Shown: piece after piece, positions 1 through 12,289 of the stretch
How positions within the stretch are numbered: position 1 is the first letter of the stretch
Layout: every line of letters starts with the position of its first letter
Assembly: GCF_006345805.1 (NCBI RefSeq)
Contig: NC_043002.1
Location: 87,358,001-87,422,000, forward strand
Length of the DNA stretch: 64,000 bases
Direction of reading: 5' to 3'
Source: Octopus sinensis
Taxonomy: Eukaryota
Position numbers and translations under genes: made by a program
Notes under the pieces: model-generated
What the model was told of the DNA's origin: nothing
The model's database searches: none
The model's input: the letters and a program-made list of their open reading frames with translations, nothing else

Positions 1-380
1 AACTCGGTACCAAGGATGTTGGGATACTGTGATGATGGCACACTATTGCTGGTGTTTAAAACAAGATACTCCTGTTGCTCAACATTCATGGTGCACAAAG
101 AACCGTAAATTTATTCCTTGAATTTTCTACCAAAAATATTTGTTAATGTGCGTTTTCAATTTTGAATTTTTATTTGTTTTGTTTTGTTTTGTGTTACGCT
201 CTCTTTATTGATTCATATTATATGCCTCTTGTATAATAAAATACTTGTTCTATCAGGTCTAGTTAGAAAACAAGACTTGACAGAGAAAAACTGAAGTTAT
301 TTTAAATTTAGCAGGCAAGATCACTTAAAAATTCATTGAAATATTCCAGGCAACAGACAAAAAAAATGTGTTGCCCAGTG
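1..380 (+). mobile_element. 3' end of a Chapaev3-like (CMC superfamily) DNA transposon, cut by the window start
   Basis: Frame 2-121 reads TRYQGCWDTVMMAHYCWCLKQDTPVAQHSWCTKNRKFIP*, matching the RYQGRW..MMADYCW C-terminal motif I associate with Chapaev3 transposases. The element ends ...TTGCCCAGTG (a CAC...GTG terminus) at 380, followed by TAA, which fits a TWA-type TSD. Confidence 0.7.
2..121 (+). pseudogene. Chapaev3-like transposase C-terminal fragment
   Basis: Manual translation: 39 codons plus TGA at 119-121. The upstream part lies outside the window, so intactness is unknown. Confidence 0.65.
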
Positions 381-814
381 TAATTCAAGTCTTACTTAAT
401 GAATAACCTCCTCAAGCAGATACACAAAATGTTCGCACTGGACGAAAGCTTAATTTAGAGCAATCAATAAAAAAATATTAGATAAATTCAACAACATTAT
501 CCAAAAATTCCTAGATTAGCACTATGGAATCAGCAGTGCATTAATTATAAGCTGGTTTGCACATATCCTATATAAACACGAATACACATTCACTTAATTT
601 GATATTAGTAACTACTACGCATCCATCACTAAACACCTAGTAGTGAAAGTCGGGCAGTAGGCTTTACATTTCACAAAACACTATTTTGCAATCACAAAGA
701 ACGACTTAAATATAAAATCCTTGCTAGAAAATCGGTACTTTTCTCTAACAATACCGCATTGGTGAAAACATATAGCACTGACCTCTTCGATTTAAGTTTA
801 GAAACTAATGATTA

Positions 815-2084
815 TCAGGTCATCCCATAAGTTCTGTCCGATTTTATCTTTTTTAAAATTGAATGAAATTTAATAGTATTTTAGAATATCTAATGGAATT
901 AAAAATTATTTTTATGCATTTGTGTACATTTAAACTAATCAAATATCATTTTACAGAATGATAGAATTTAAATTTCTTTGATTAAAACCCTTTCTAACAT
1001 GGAAATATCCAAAGAGCATTGGAGTACAAATGCATATGAGTACAAAAAAGGTAACTCTGCAGCCGAAGCGACTCGAAACATACACTCAGTTTATGGGGAA
1101 GAATGCTTGAATGAAAGAACTAGAAGATGGTTTGCAAAATTCAGAAGTGGAGATTTCGGCCTTGAAGATAAAGATCGAACAGGACGACCATTTGAGTTTG
1201 ATGATAAGCTCCTTGAGGCATTACTTTAAGAAGATCCTGCTGCATTATCAGTTGAAGAATTGGCAATAAAGCTCAGTTCAAACCATACAACTGTTCATCG
1301 ACATCTTCAACAACTTAGAAATTTTCCTAAATTTGGAAAATGGGTGCCTCATGAATTGTCTGAAAGCAACCACAAATCTTGAGTTGACATCTGCTCTTCT
1401 TTCCATTCTCGCGAACTCATTTCACCCTTTTTCGATAGACTTGTGACTGGTGACGAAAAGTGGATCTTCTATCGAAATGTTAAATGTCGTAAACAGTGGC
1501 TGGGTAAAAGGGAAAAAGTTCAACCACAACCGAGAAGGGAAATTCATGGGGAAAAGGTTCTTCTCTCTATCTGGTGGGATTGCAAAGGAGTAATTCACTT
1601 TCAATTGTTACCACCTAATGCAACAATCAACGCTCAAGCCTACTGTCAGCAATTAGAGCGTTTGAACCAAGCTTTGAAGAAAAAAAGAACCGCTTTAGTG
1701 AATCGAAAAAGAGTGATGTTTCATCAGGACAATGCGCGATCTGACACTGCAAAGAGCACATCACAGAAGATCGAAGAGCTTGGGAAAAAATCCTCATCCA
1801 CCTTATTCTCCCGACCTTGCTCCTTCAGACGTCCATTTGTTTCGTAGTTTACAGAATCATTTGGGGGACATAACTTTCACAAGCCAGGAGGAGGTCGAAA
1901 CTGACATTTCAGAGTTTTTCGTTTTGAAACCAAAAGAGTTTTACATTGATAGGATTAAAAAGCTTGTAAATAGATGGAAGGAAGTCGTAGATAATCAGGG
2001 AAAGTACATTGATGATTAAATTTCAATTAAATATAACTTGTTTTCTTTATTCAAAATTCGGACAGAACTTATGGGATGACCTGA
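815..2084 (+). mobile_element. Full-length defective mariner (DD34D-type) transposon
   Basis: 27-bp perfect TIR TCAGGTCATCCCATAAGTTCTGTCCGA at 815-841, inverse at 2058-2084; TA on both sides (813-814, 2085-2086); 1270 bp. Confidence 0.95.
999..2019 (+). pseudogene. mariner transposase pseudogene
   Basis: KWVPHEL (about 1338), TGDEKW (about 1443), HQDNAR (about 1722) and PYSPDLAPSDVHLF (about 1801) are split across ORFs 978-1229, 1443-1847 and 1732-2019 by stops and frameshifts. Confidence 0.93.
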
Positions 2085-2686
2085 TATATATTTTAAGCTT
2101 AATGCACAAAATATTTACACCATTAACAGTAGAATCTATAGAGAAGATGGTCTATTAATCTCTGAAAATATAAACTATCAATAAATAGATAAATTCAAGT
2201 TAACCTTGAATCTTAAAACTTAATTTAGTAGCTCACTCAGAATAACCAACGTCTTTGATGTAACATTCGAAATAACCGCAGAAATACATTTACTTTACAT
2301 TATATCTAGCAACTCATTTGCATATAAATTCATTCAAATTATCCACCATACATTATTAGAAAGCTAGCAACTACTTTGAGCATGTGGATTTGGCAACTTC
2401 TACGACGATTCATCAATTAGTAGAGTAGCAAATACATGTAATGATGTACTGATATGTAACGATTTCGAAGAAACCCTTAAATATCATGAACATACACACA
2501 ATCAATAGGACGAAGCGCAAAAGAAAAACTATGTAGTTTAATTCACTATATTTAATAAATGAAAGCATAAATGTGAGATAGGAAAAACTTCTCTCGTATG
2601 CCTAGACACCATACGTGCAGGATATCTTTAAGGCGAACTCCCTGAAAATAAATTGCACAACACTTTGCTATACACTGGCAGCCATA

Positions 2687-2907
2687 AATAATTCTTTCTG
2701 CTGTAAGGATAAGGTCTCAAATTATGAGGAAGGGAGCTAGTCGATTACATAAACCTCCAGCACTCAACGGGTACTTATTTTATCGACTCTGAAAATATGA
2801 AGAGCAAAGTAGACCTCGGAGAAAATTGAACTCAGAACATAAAAAAGGACGAAATGCCGCTAAGCACTTCGATCGACATACTAAATATTCTGCAAGCTCG
2901 CCGCCTT
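2687..2907 (-). mobile_element. tRNA-derived SINE, family A (GGCGGCGAGCTGGCAGAA head; GCCTTTCATCCTTTCGGGGTCGATAA core)
   Basis: Diverged reverse-complement match to the intact copy at 13307-13539; inserted inside the PLE remnant. Confidence 0.8.
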
Positions 2908-3611
2908 TTCACAGCCTTTAATAATAAAAAAGAAATGGCTATTGGTATCCATCAGAACTTAGACAGCAGTTACAGGTAAGAAATGCAAATTCCATCCTAA
3001 AATTACATGTTCAATCAATGGTAATTGCTGAAGAAAAAATAGTTTTGTATGTAGGTATCATTACATCTAACATTATATATAAAATTAAACTGAACTGACT
3101 GATGATTTAAGGATAGATTATATCAACATGCTTATACATTTAGAACATCACTAAGAAGATTAGATGGAATGCTAGCAACATATATCTGTTTTCAAAAATA
3201 ACACACCTCACATTAATCGCCATCAGACAGTTTCAAAAGACACTAAAACATGCACAAACACTTTGTGAAAGACTCACTGAAATTCGTACACCAACGCTTA
3301 TATACAGAGCAGCCAGTTAAAGACCATCACTGAAACAAAGACTTCTTATTTAAAGAATGTTCATGCGAATGTAGAAACTGCTAGTTGTACTATAAAGATA
3401 AAATATCCAGTTATTTACAGTAACATATATTATTATATTCTTGAATAGTCATATTAGTGAAGCCCGATAAGCACACTTGTTTATATAGACAAACAACTTG
3501 CGAGTGTGTTTATAAGCTTTAATTAACTGTTTCTTCCAAAATATTCCAAGATTGGTTTCACAATATGATTTCAGATAAAAATTCTTGTAAAAGAAATAAA
3601 AAATATGTATT

Positions 3612-3697
3612 TAATATAATATAATATAATATAATATAATATAATATAATATAATATAATATAATATAATATAATATAATGTAATATAATATAATAT
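3612..3697. repeat. (ATATA)n pentanucleotide microsatellite
   Basis: Seen directly. Confidence 0.95.
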
Positions 3698-3808
3698 TAG
3701 TATAGTATATTATAATGTAATATAAACTTACGATTTCAGAAAAAAAAAGAAATTGTTGCAAAATAAATTAAAAATATAATGCATAATACAATATTATATT
3801 ACCTACCC

Positions 3809-3988
<180 letters not shown>

Positions 3989-5664
3989 TACTTTTGTCTA
4001 AGTGATTCTATTAATTAAAAGGTAGACAAAGAGTTAAATCTATTCCTCTGATATATTTAATATTTTCATGTATTCACCTCTTCCTTCTACATGTTTGAAA
4101 TTACTCTTCTATCTTCTATACTTCCCCCCACCTATAAACCTAAGTATGTCCGTCTATCTCTCTATTCTATTCACTCATTTCTCCAGTTCTATTTTGTGTC
4201 ACTTTGCATTGTTTTGATTCATTTATTTATTTTTCTCAGTTCATATTTTGTTCGGTTTTTATTGTTTCTTCCTTTTTATTGTTTTTTTTTTTCAAGTTAG
4301 TTTTTCTCGTAGTTTCCTTCGGCAGAATTTTGTTTCCGTTCAAATAAATGATATTCGTATTGTTGGATGTAAATAACTCGCGTCATTTCACTCGTTTCAC
4401 TTTTATTCACAGTTTTTATACGGTTTCTTGCAACACAGTTTTCTATCTCTCGGTCGACATCTCAAGAGATATTCCCCAATACCTTTACTCAACAATTGCT
4501 GAGCAAACTCTTACAATTTCTACAGCATTAGATTTTTCACTTCGACATTTTTTCTCTTTACACACGCTCGTCGAAAAGAATCAGCAAAGCAACAAAACAA
4601 GACAATGTGAGCTTACAAAAATGTATTTTGCGCTTCAAATTGATATTTCTTTACCTCATTTTAACATTAAGCCTGGGAATGATATATTCTCACTTGTTTG
4701 ATTTTAGATGGCATTGTGGCGCATACATTCAATATAAGTTTAACTGTCCTATACATTCTATTCGAGGATCATTTGCATAGAATTTTATTGCTTTTATTCT
4801 TTATTTTTCTCCTTATTTCTTCAGCTTATTTGCTAAACTATTTGGCTAAACGAGAGAACCAGTGCTCTCTGTTAGGGGTAGATTATGAACAGACAACAGG
4901 TAAAGGAGAAAGTATTCAAGAATCGGTAAATCAAACCGCTCACTGTAGCTCAGGACATCGAGCCGGCGTTTCAACCAAGGTAACTAATCAGCAGTCAACC
5001 GCGAGTAAATTTAGAAAATTTGAAATGGAAAAAATTGAGGTAATACCAATATGACATCATTCCGCCTTCTTCATCTTCCTCACAATGCTTCAGTATTCAA
5101 CCACCTACAATTTTTTTGCGTGTGCAAATTTGTTTGTACCGATTCCCTGTTCCTATTGATATTTTTCGAGTGTTGGAATGCTTTGCTCAATTTTCGAATG
5201 CTTTGCTCAAGTGAGGGCAATTCCTCTTGCTTTAAGTACAGAAAGCTATTATTTTAATGTCTCTGATTTGTACTGCTTTTCATTAATATTGCACGATTTT
5301 GTTTGGAAGCCACCTTTCCATCCACAATCCATACATCCATCTATCCTTCCATTCATGGATGGCTACATACATACATGCATACCTGTATAAATACGTACAT
5401 AGAAATTTATACAAATGCATATTGATACACATACGTATACATACACACACACACACTCTTTCTCTTTCACTATTTTCCTTTTTCTTTCTCTTTCTCTCTA
5501 CCTCTCTCTCTCTCTCTCTCTCACACATACATATATTTATTTAATAGGTTTGTGTTGTTGATGCCTTCAACATGCACAGTTTTTATTAGCAAGTTTCAAC
5601 GGCTAAACCCCGAAGAAAACAGCCACTATTAATATTAAAAGTATGTGTGTATGTGTGTATATAT

Positions 5665-5701
<37 letters not shown>

Positions 5702-6499
5702 CATACATGCACACACACATGCACCCATACACGCGCGCGTGTACACACACATTTATATACGTACACATACATTTAGATATATAAAGAATATGTATCATTT
5801 TAATAAACAATTCTTTACCAAATAACAGATTTTTTTTTGCCCCTCTCCTTTTATAACTGAAATCTTCATTCTAAAACATTCTTGCTTCGATAATTATTCT
5901 CTATTCACCATCCGCTGCTGTGAGGCTGAATCCTTCTCAAACAGACGCCTACTGTCCATTCTCTTTAATTTTCTGGAACATTCTGAGTGATATTTCTTTT
6001 ATATTTGTGGTGTTTTTGTCAATGTATTCTTTCCTGTTACATCATCATTAGAATAAAGAGCTATTTCGACACTTATGTCTTTCGATTTTGTTTCTTCTTT
6101 CCATTTGTATTTTACATCACATTCGAGAAATTGCAATTTTGTAAACGCCAAAACGAATTTAAACCAGGGAAGAAATTTGTGGTATCTTACAACTTACATG
6201 ACTGTTTATATAGCATGGTTGCAGTCAGTCCAAATTTTCTGAACATTTAAGTGCTTGGATCCGTGAATGTTGATTTACAATTGTTTGTCTGTGTATTGGG
6301 AAGAATGTATTCCTGTTATAATAAGCGCGCGCACACACAGACTTATACAAGCATAGAAAAGTGGTTAAGAAGTACGCTCGGCATTCTTGGCGTCCGGGTT
6401 TCGCTACCACTATGTGCTATACTGAGAGTACCTTTTATCACATAGGCAGGTAGGCAGACACACATGCACACACACACATATAGGCATATGTGTGTATAT

Positions 6500-6540
<41 letters not shown>

Positions 6541-6606
6541 TGTAGACTGGCGCATGTATATTTGTCAATAAAATGGATATGTTAATCAAAGTATACATAT
6601 TACAGA

Positions 6607-6730
6607 ACCATTTCAGCCAATTTTACCAGTCGCTTTCGTACAGGATATTAGGTAATTAAGTGATTACCTAAAATTGCCTAATTATCTAATATCCTGGGCG
6701 AAACCGATTGGTAAGACCGATTGAAATCGA
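6607..6730. repeat. Small imperfect palindrome, MITE-like
   Basis: Arms 6623-6658 (TTACCAGTCGCTTTCGTACAGGATATTAGGTAATTA) and 6679-6714 are reverse complements with a few mismatches. Confidence 0.65.
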
Positions 6731-6761
6731 TTTATAATCCAATATACTTTGATTAGCATGC

Positions 6762-6823
<62 letters not shown>

Positions 6824-6884
6824 ATTTGTATGTATGTATGTGTGTATGTGCTGTGTGCATGTGCTGTGTGTGTGTCTGTTTTAA

Positions 6885-7085
6885 TCTTTCACTTGTTTGA
6901 GTCTTTGGACTGTTGCCAAGTTGGGGTACCGCCTTGCAGGGATTTTAGTGGAAAGAATCAACCCCGGTAATTATTTCTTCTTAAAGCCTGGCACTTAATC
7001 TTTCTATCTTCCTTTTATACTGAATCGCTAAGTTAAAGATACGTAAACAAATAAATACCATTTGTCAAGCGGTAGCGGGAGATAA
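6885..7085 (-). mobile_element. SINE family C, diverged 3' half
   Basis: Similar to 47487-47700 and to the reverse complement of 40600-40797. Confidence 0.6.
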
Positions 7086-7100
7086 AGGCAAGTATATATA

Positions 7101-7141
7101 TTCAACAAAACCTGTTACTCCGAGTAACAGCTTTTGTTGAA
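7101..7141. repeat. 41-bp near-perfect hairpin of a small repeat family
   Basis: TTCAACAAAACCTGTTACTC-C-GAGTAACAGCTTTTGTTGAA. The right half plus the downstream TTTAAATAAAGCATAT recurs at about 33772-33822. Confidence 0.7.
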
Positions 7142-7312
7142 TTACTGCTGCTTTTAAATAAAGCATATTACTCTACCTCTGGTATTTGAGTACTCTTTTT
7201 TCCACCTTGTTTCACATTTATGTGTTTACTCCGGTATATATATATATATACATGGTTTTTAGGATCAAGGTTCTGACTACTATTTCAGATACCATTATTT
7301 ATAGTTTTATTT

Positions 7313-7382
<70 letters not shown>

Positions 7383-7395
7383 TATATCTATATCT

Positions 7396-7435
<40 letters not shown>

Positions 7436-8047
7436 TATATCATTTAATGTGCACATTATAAGCTATGACCTACTAAAATTTTCTTGCTGCTGAAACATGT
7501 GTCTAGGCAGATTTTTAAAAACACATAGTCTATCCTTTAAAAAATTTTATGCTTTTTTTTTTTTAAGAAATCACGAGCAAAAATCTAGCGGAAAGTTGAT
7601 GTATCAGACGGAAGTAAGAATAATATTGGAAAAAGAAAAGAAAAGAAAAGAAAGTAAATTAAAGTTATGTCCCCTTTGTCCGTAAAAGTCACAATAGAAA
7701 TAGTCGTTGTCGCACAATTGAACCGAGAGGGATCCAAAGTCTGCGAGGCAGCTGCTCAATCCGGACAGGATGAGCTCCTTCAGTTCGCCGAAAGATACTT
7801 GTCCATATGCTTGCATTTGCTGAAAATTGAGCAGTGTGGAGGAATGCTTAGATCGAAACAGAATGTGCAAAGTTGCATTCCTTAGATTCATTTACATATG
7901 GCATGGAATTCTCAAAGATTCTCCACTAGATTGTATGTGGTGAGCAGTTGGTCGTCAAATCCCATATGTGGCTAGCCTATTTAATAGCTTTACATTTGTC
8001 TATGTTCTGGAAAGAGGTTCGGTGGTTTGAGTAACGTTTTTTGAAAA

Positions 8048-8214
8048 CACCTTCACATAACTCTTTTCATTTAGGTAATCTCGAAGCGTTACTATGACTT
8101 CCGTCTCATAGACGATGGAATTTATCCTATACACCTGGTCAAATGTGTAAGCTTGAGACGGAAGTCACAGCAGTGCTTCGAGATTACCTAAATGAAAAGA
8201 GTTATGCGCAGGTG
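8048..8214. repeat. Palindromic MITE-like element with about 61-bp arms
   Basis: 8048-8108 and 8154-8214 are inverted copies (for example TAGGTAATCTCGAAGC / GCTTCGAGATTACCTA) around a 45-bp spacer. Confidence 0.75.
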
Positions 8215-8216
<2 letters not shown>

Positions 8217-8273
<57 letters not shown>

Positions 8274-8280
8274 GTAGGTA

Positions 8281-8316
<36 letters not shown>

Positions 8317-8389
8317 TGTATGTATGTATATATATATATTATATATGTATATATATAATATATGTATGTATATAATATATATATGTATG

Positions 8390-8438
<49 letters not shown>

Positions 8439-8462
8439 ATATTATATATATGTATATATATA

Positions 8463-8556
<94 letters not shown>

Positions 8557-8605
8557 ATATATATATAATATATATATATATATATTTGTGTGTGTGTGTG
8601 TATGT
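8217..8605. repeat. Compound (TA)n/(TATG)n low-complexity tract
   Basis: Seen directly; source of the spurious ORFs at 8188-8667. Confidence 0.97.
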
Positions 8606-8629
8606 ATACAATAATTGCTATGAAATAAA

Positions 8630-8760
8630 TACGTGGTCTGATCAATAAGTAAACGGTCTGTTGTCATAGTAACGAAGCTAAATCACGCAGAATGAAACCG
8701 CTTGGCATAGATTGACCTTGAACTCTGCTGTGCATGGGCGCTAAATTTTAACATTCTAGG
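8630..8760 (+). mobile_element. mariner-type terminal fragment
   Basis: TACGTGGTCTGATCAATAAGTAAACGG resembles TA plus a mariner TIR start. No transposase or partner TIR seen. Confidence 0.45.
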
Positions 8761-9000
8761 AATAACTTAAACATTTTCAATCAAAATGTCGATATACTAT
8801 CATGCCTTCTAATACAAAATGCCTTAAACCAATAAATTCGAGTTAATTAAGCATTGAACCTCAAAATCTAAAAGCAATTATTCAAGAGACACATAAATAA
8901 CAATCAATATGCAGACGCTCATCCCCGCTTAAAGGCAAACCAAAATGAACTGGTAAATAATAGTGAACACACCAACGGACGTAAAAAACAACCATGTCTA

Positions 9001-9212
9001 GTTTCAAATTTTGTCACAAAGGCAGCAGTTTTGGAGGAGGGGATATGTCGATTTCATCGATCACAGTGTTTCACTGGTACTTATTTTATCGAGCCCGAAA
9101 GGATGAAAGGTAAAGTCGACCTCAGCGGGATTTGAACTCAGAACGTGTCGACGGGCGAAATACCGCTAAGCATTTCGTCCAGTGTACTAACGATTCTGCC
9201 AGCTCGCCACCT
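9001..9212 (-). mobile_element. SINE family A
   Basis: Ends GCCAGCTCGCCACC; core GGTACTTATTTTATCGAGCCCGAAAGGATGAAAGG. Confidence 0.88.
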
Positions 9213-9298
9213 ACGATCATGTCTAGTTGTAATAATTTTCGCTTTGTGATTGCAGAAACGCGAAACTTGAGTTTTGAAATATTAAATTGAAACAAACC

Positions 9299-9329
9299 AC
9301 ACACACACACACGCACGCACAAACACACA

Positions 9330-9392
<63 letters not shown>
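9299..9392. repeat. (CA)n microsatellite
   Basis: Seen directly. Confidence 0.95.
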
Positions 9393-9394
<2 letters not shown>

Positions 9395-9439
9395 TGAAAG
9401 GATCAAATGTCGACTTTTGATATAACATAATATAATATC

Positions 9440-9600
9440 AAAAGTCGGTATGATAATTTCAAATTTTTGCACAAGGCCAGGAACTTAGGAGGTTGAGTTA
9501 AGTCGATTACATTGACCTCAGTGTTCAAGTGGTACTTATTTAATCGACCCTGAAAGAATGACAGGCAAGGTCGAAGTGGATGGAATTTGCACTCAAAAAT
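9440..9600 (-). mobile_element. SINE family A, partial
   Basis: Core and tail similarity; head missing. Confidence 0.7.
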
Positions 9601-9859
9601 TTTGATGAAAGAAACACACATACACACACATTGTTGTAAGCATAGAAATGTAGAAAGATCAGAAAAATAATCGACACTAAACTGGATGCGTCATTTACAC
9701 ACGACTGTCATGTGTATTATGTAGATGTAATTTTTTCATGCTACGAGTATTTCACATATCTATGATTGATGCATTTAACCAAAAACAATCTATACGATTG
9801 CAAACATATTTTCCTTGTTACCCGATATCATAAATACAGATTGAAGCTAATTTTACAAT

Positions 9860-10068
9860 TGATTTCGAATTTTGGCACAAGGCTATCAGTTTCAGGGGAG
9901 GGGACAACTCGAATACATCAATCCAGACTGGTACTTATTTTATCATCTCGATTGGATGAAAAGCAAATGTCCACCTCGGCGGAATTTGAACTCAGAACGA
10001 ATAGACGGACGAAATGCTGCTAAACATTTTGCCTAGCGTGCTAATGATTTTGTTAACTCACCGCCTTA
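9860..10068 (-). mobile_element. SINE family A, diverged
   Basis: Ends AACTCACCGCCTT; contains GAATTTGAACTCAGAAC (B-box on the minus strand). Confidence 0.78.
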
Positions 10069-10190
10069 TGCATTAATATATATTAATAAGATTAAAAGAA
10101 CATACCATGTTGTGGCATAAAGTATAAATACAGAGTGAAAATTTCAGTAACTGTTGATACAAATCATTAATATTAACTAAACGAATTCAT

Positions 10191-10654
10191 GGATCTTTTC
10201 GGTTTGACCGGCATTTTTTTCAAGCGGTGTCATATGAAATTGTCACCCATAATTATGACCTTAGTATCGAGCTATGGCATTTCAATCTGTTTTAGGGTTA
10301 GGGTTAGAGTTAGGGTTAGTTAGGGTTAGTTAGGGTTAGTTAGAGTTAAGGTTAGGGTTAAGGAGAGAAGGGTATCTTTTTTCTTCACAAATGTAAATAA
10401 ACCCAATCTGTTTCTTAAACGAGGGACATTTTCATACGGCACTGAATGTTTTCACCTCATTAGACGTCATTGATTGGTTGAAATTGAAGAAATTGAAGAA
10501 AAAACAACAAATATCTTACAAACTATAGAATTTTCTTAATAAAGCCAAGAGAAAAAGATGTTTTATAAACACATTCTACCAGTATACGAAATTTAAAAGT
10601 GTTTAGTTACGTGGAAATTATTTTAAAAAACTGCCGGTCAAAACGAAAAGATCC
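10191..10654. mobile_element. Merlin-like MITE, copy 1 (reverse orientation relative to copies 2 and 3), with a TTAGGG-like tract at about 10292-10362
   Basis: TIR GGATCTTTTCGGTTTG...AAACGAAAAGATCC; 8-bp TSD GAATTCAT (10183-10190) / GAATTCAC (10655-10662). The Merlin assignment is inferred from GG termini plus an 8-bp TSD. Confidence 0.85.
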
Positions 10655-11040
10655 GAATTCACTACTTTCGAATTGATCGAATAATAATTTCTGATATAGT
10701 CTGAAGGCTGAAGTTTACTGGGGTAGTATGTAGCCGATTTTGCCTAGCTCTGTACTGGAATAGTTTATCAACCGGAAGATGAAAAGATAAAATGGTCTGC
10801 GAGTGATTTGAACTCAGAACGTAAGTGGCTACCACTAAATACTGAGATGCATTTATTTTTTTCTGCTGCTCTAGATATCAGTTATTCACCATTAATAACA
10901 GAATGAGTGATCAAAAGTTGATGGTCAAAAAATTCAGTAATTGCTGAAACAGACAATTATTATTGATTTCGAATTTTGTCACAAGGCCAGCAAATTCGAA
11001 GGAGCGAATAAATCGCTTACTGCGACCCCAATGCTCAACT

Positions 11041-11872
11041 GGGATCTTTTCTTTTTCATGGGCAGCTCGATTAATTAATTTTCTTTAACTAAACACTTTG
11101 AAACTTCGTATACTGGTAGAATGTGTCATATAGAACAGCTTTTACGTTTAGCGTTGTTGAGAAAAGTTTCTATTTTCAAAGTTATTCCGTATTAAAATTG
11201 TCGTATTTCGGTAATTTCAACCAATCAATGACATGTATTCAGCTGAATAAAATTACTGCTGTTGTTTGTCAACAACTACCGGCGGTGTATATTTCGTATG
11301 TCACTGTTATTTATGACATCGTTCGTGCATTTGTACTGGTTTTACCTTTAAAAAAATTTACAACGATTTTTCTACTTAGGGTTAGGGTTAGGGTTAGGGT
11401 TTTAGGGTTAGGATTAGTGTTTTAGGGTTAAGGCTTTAGAGTTAGGGTTTTAGGGATTTAGGGTAAGGGTTTTAGGGTTAGAGTTACGGAAAAAAAGTGA
11501 AAAATGAATAAATTGGTGGGGCAGGGGTAAGGGGAGGCAAAAAATGTCAAAATTCCGATTTTTGGCAATTTCTGGAATCACCGTATCCGAAAAGTAGGGT
11601 TTTTGGCAAAAAAAACTAAAAAAAAAAAAAACAAACAAATTGCGAGAAAATTGTTGGGGGGCAGGAGGAAGTCTTTCCGAAAATATCTCAAAAACAGAAA
11701 AAAACTAAAAGCAGTAGAAATACACGAACGATTATGGTGGGTCATGATGTAAACGTGCTTCAGATACACACGTTTATTCATACGAACGTAACTGAAATGA
11801 AATATGTCATAAATAAGAGTGACAAACGGAAGTTGTTGTTGACAAGCAACAGCAGTCATTTTATTCAGCTGG
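11041..11872. mobile_element. Related Merlin-like foldback element with a longer telomere-like array; right end truncated by a SINE
   Basis: Starts GGGATCTTTT and shares the CTTCGTATACTGGTAGAATG and TTTCAACCAATCAATGAC modules. 11240-11320 is inverted at about 11790-11872. Confidence 0.65.
11376..11486 (+). repeat. Interstitial (TTAGGG)n-like array
   Basis: Four perfect TTAGGG units at 11376-11399, then variant units (TTTTAGGG, TTAGGA, TTAGAG). Confidence 0.9.
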
Positions 11873-12254
11873 CTACTCGATTACCTCACTGGTACTTAAT
11901 TTATCGACTTCGAAAGGATGAAAGTCAGAATTTGAACTTTCGTCCGACATGCTAACGATTCTGCCAGCTCGCCGCCTTAATAATAATAATAATAATAATA
12001 ATATAATAATAATAATATAATAATAATAATAATAATAATAATCCTTTCTACTATAGGCACATGGCCTGGATTTTGTGGGGAGGGGTCAGTCGATCACTTG
12101 GACCCCAGTTCTCAACTAGTACTTATTTTATCGACCCGAAAGGCTGAAAAGCAAAGTCGACCTCGGCAGAATTTGAACTCAGAACGTAGCGACGGGCGAA
12201 ATACCGCTGAGCATTTCGCCCGGCGTGCTAATGATTCTATCAGCTCGTCGCCTT
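11872..12254 (-). mobile_element. Two adjacent family A SINEs (partial 11872-11978; 12043-12254) separated by (AAT)n
   Basis: Both end in CAGCTCGYCGCCTT; (AAT)n at 11979-12042. Confidence 0.85.
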
Positions 12255-12289
12255 AATAATAATGATATTGATAATAATAATAATGATAA

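Larger units (their letters stand above)
384..3390 (+). mobile_element. Decayed Penelope-like retroelement (RT + GIY-YIG), interrupted by a mariner (815-2084) and a SINE (2687-2907)
   Basis: Fragments in shifting frames: SWFAHILYKHEYTFT*FDISNYYASITKHL (about 553-640); ARKSVLFSNNTALVKTYSTDLFDLSL (about 722-800); IYREDGLL (about 2136-2160, YxDD-type motif degenerated to YRED); NYPPYIIRKL (about 2337); FKDRLYQHAYTFR (about 3106, GIY-YIG helix). Many stops and frameshifts. Confidence 0.75.

Noticed and set aside
7667-7990. GC-richer segment with ORFs on both strands; faint Gypsy integrase resemblance (TAHHIQSSG)
   Set aside because: Motif match too weak to assign.
10292-11486. TTAGGG tracts as a true chromosome end or fusion site
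   Set aside because: Short, degenerate and enclosed within TIR/TSD-bounded elements.
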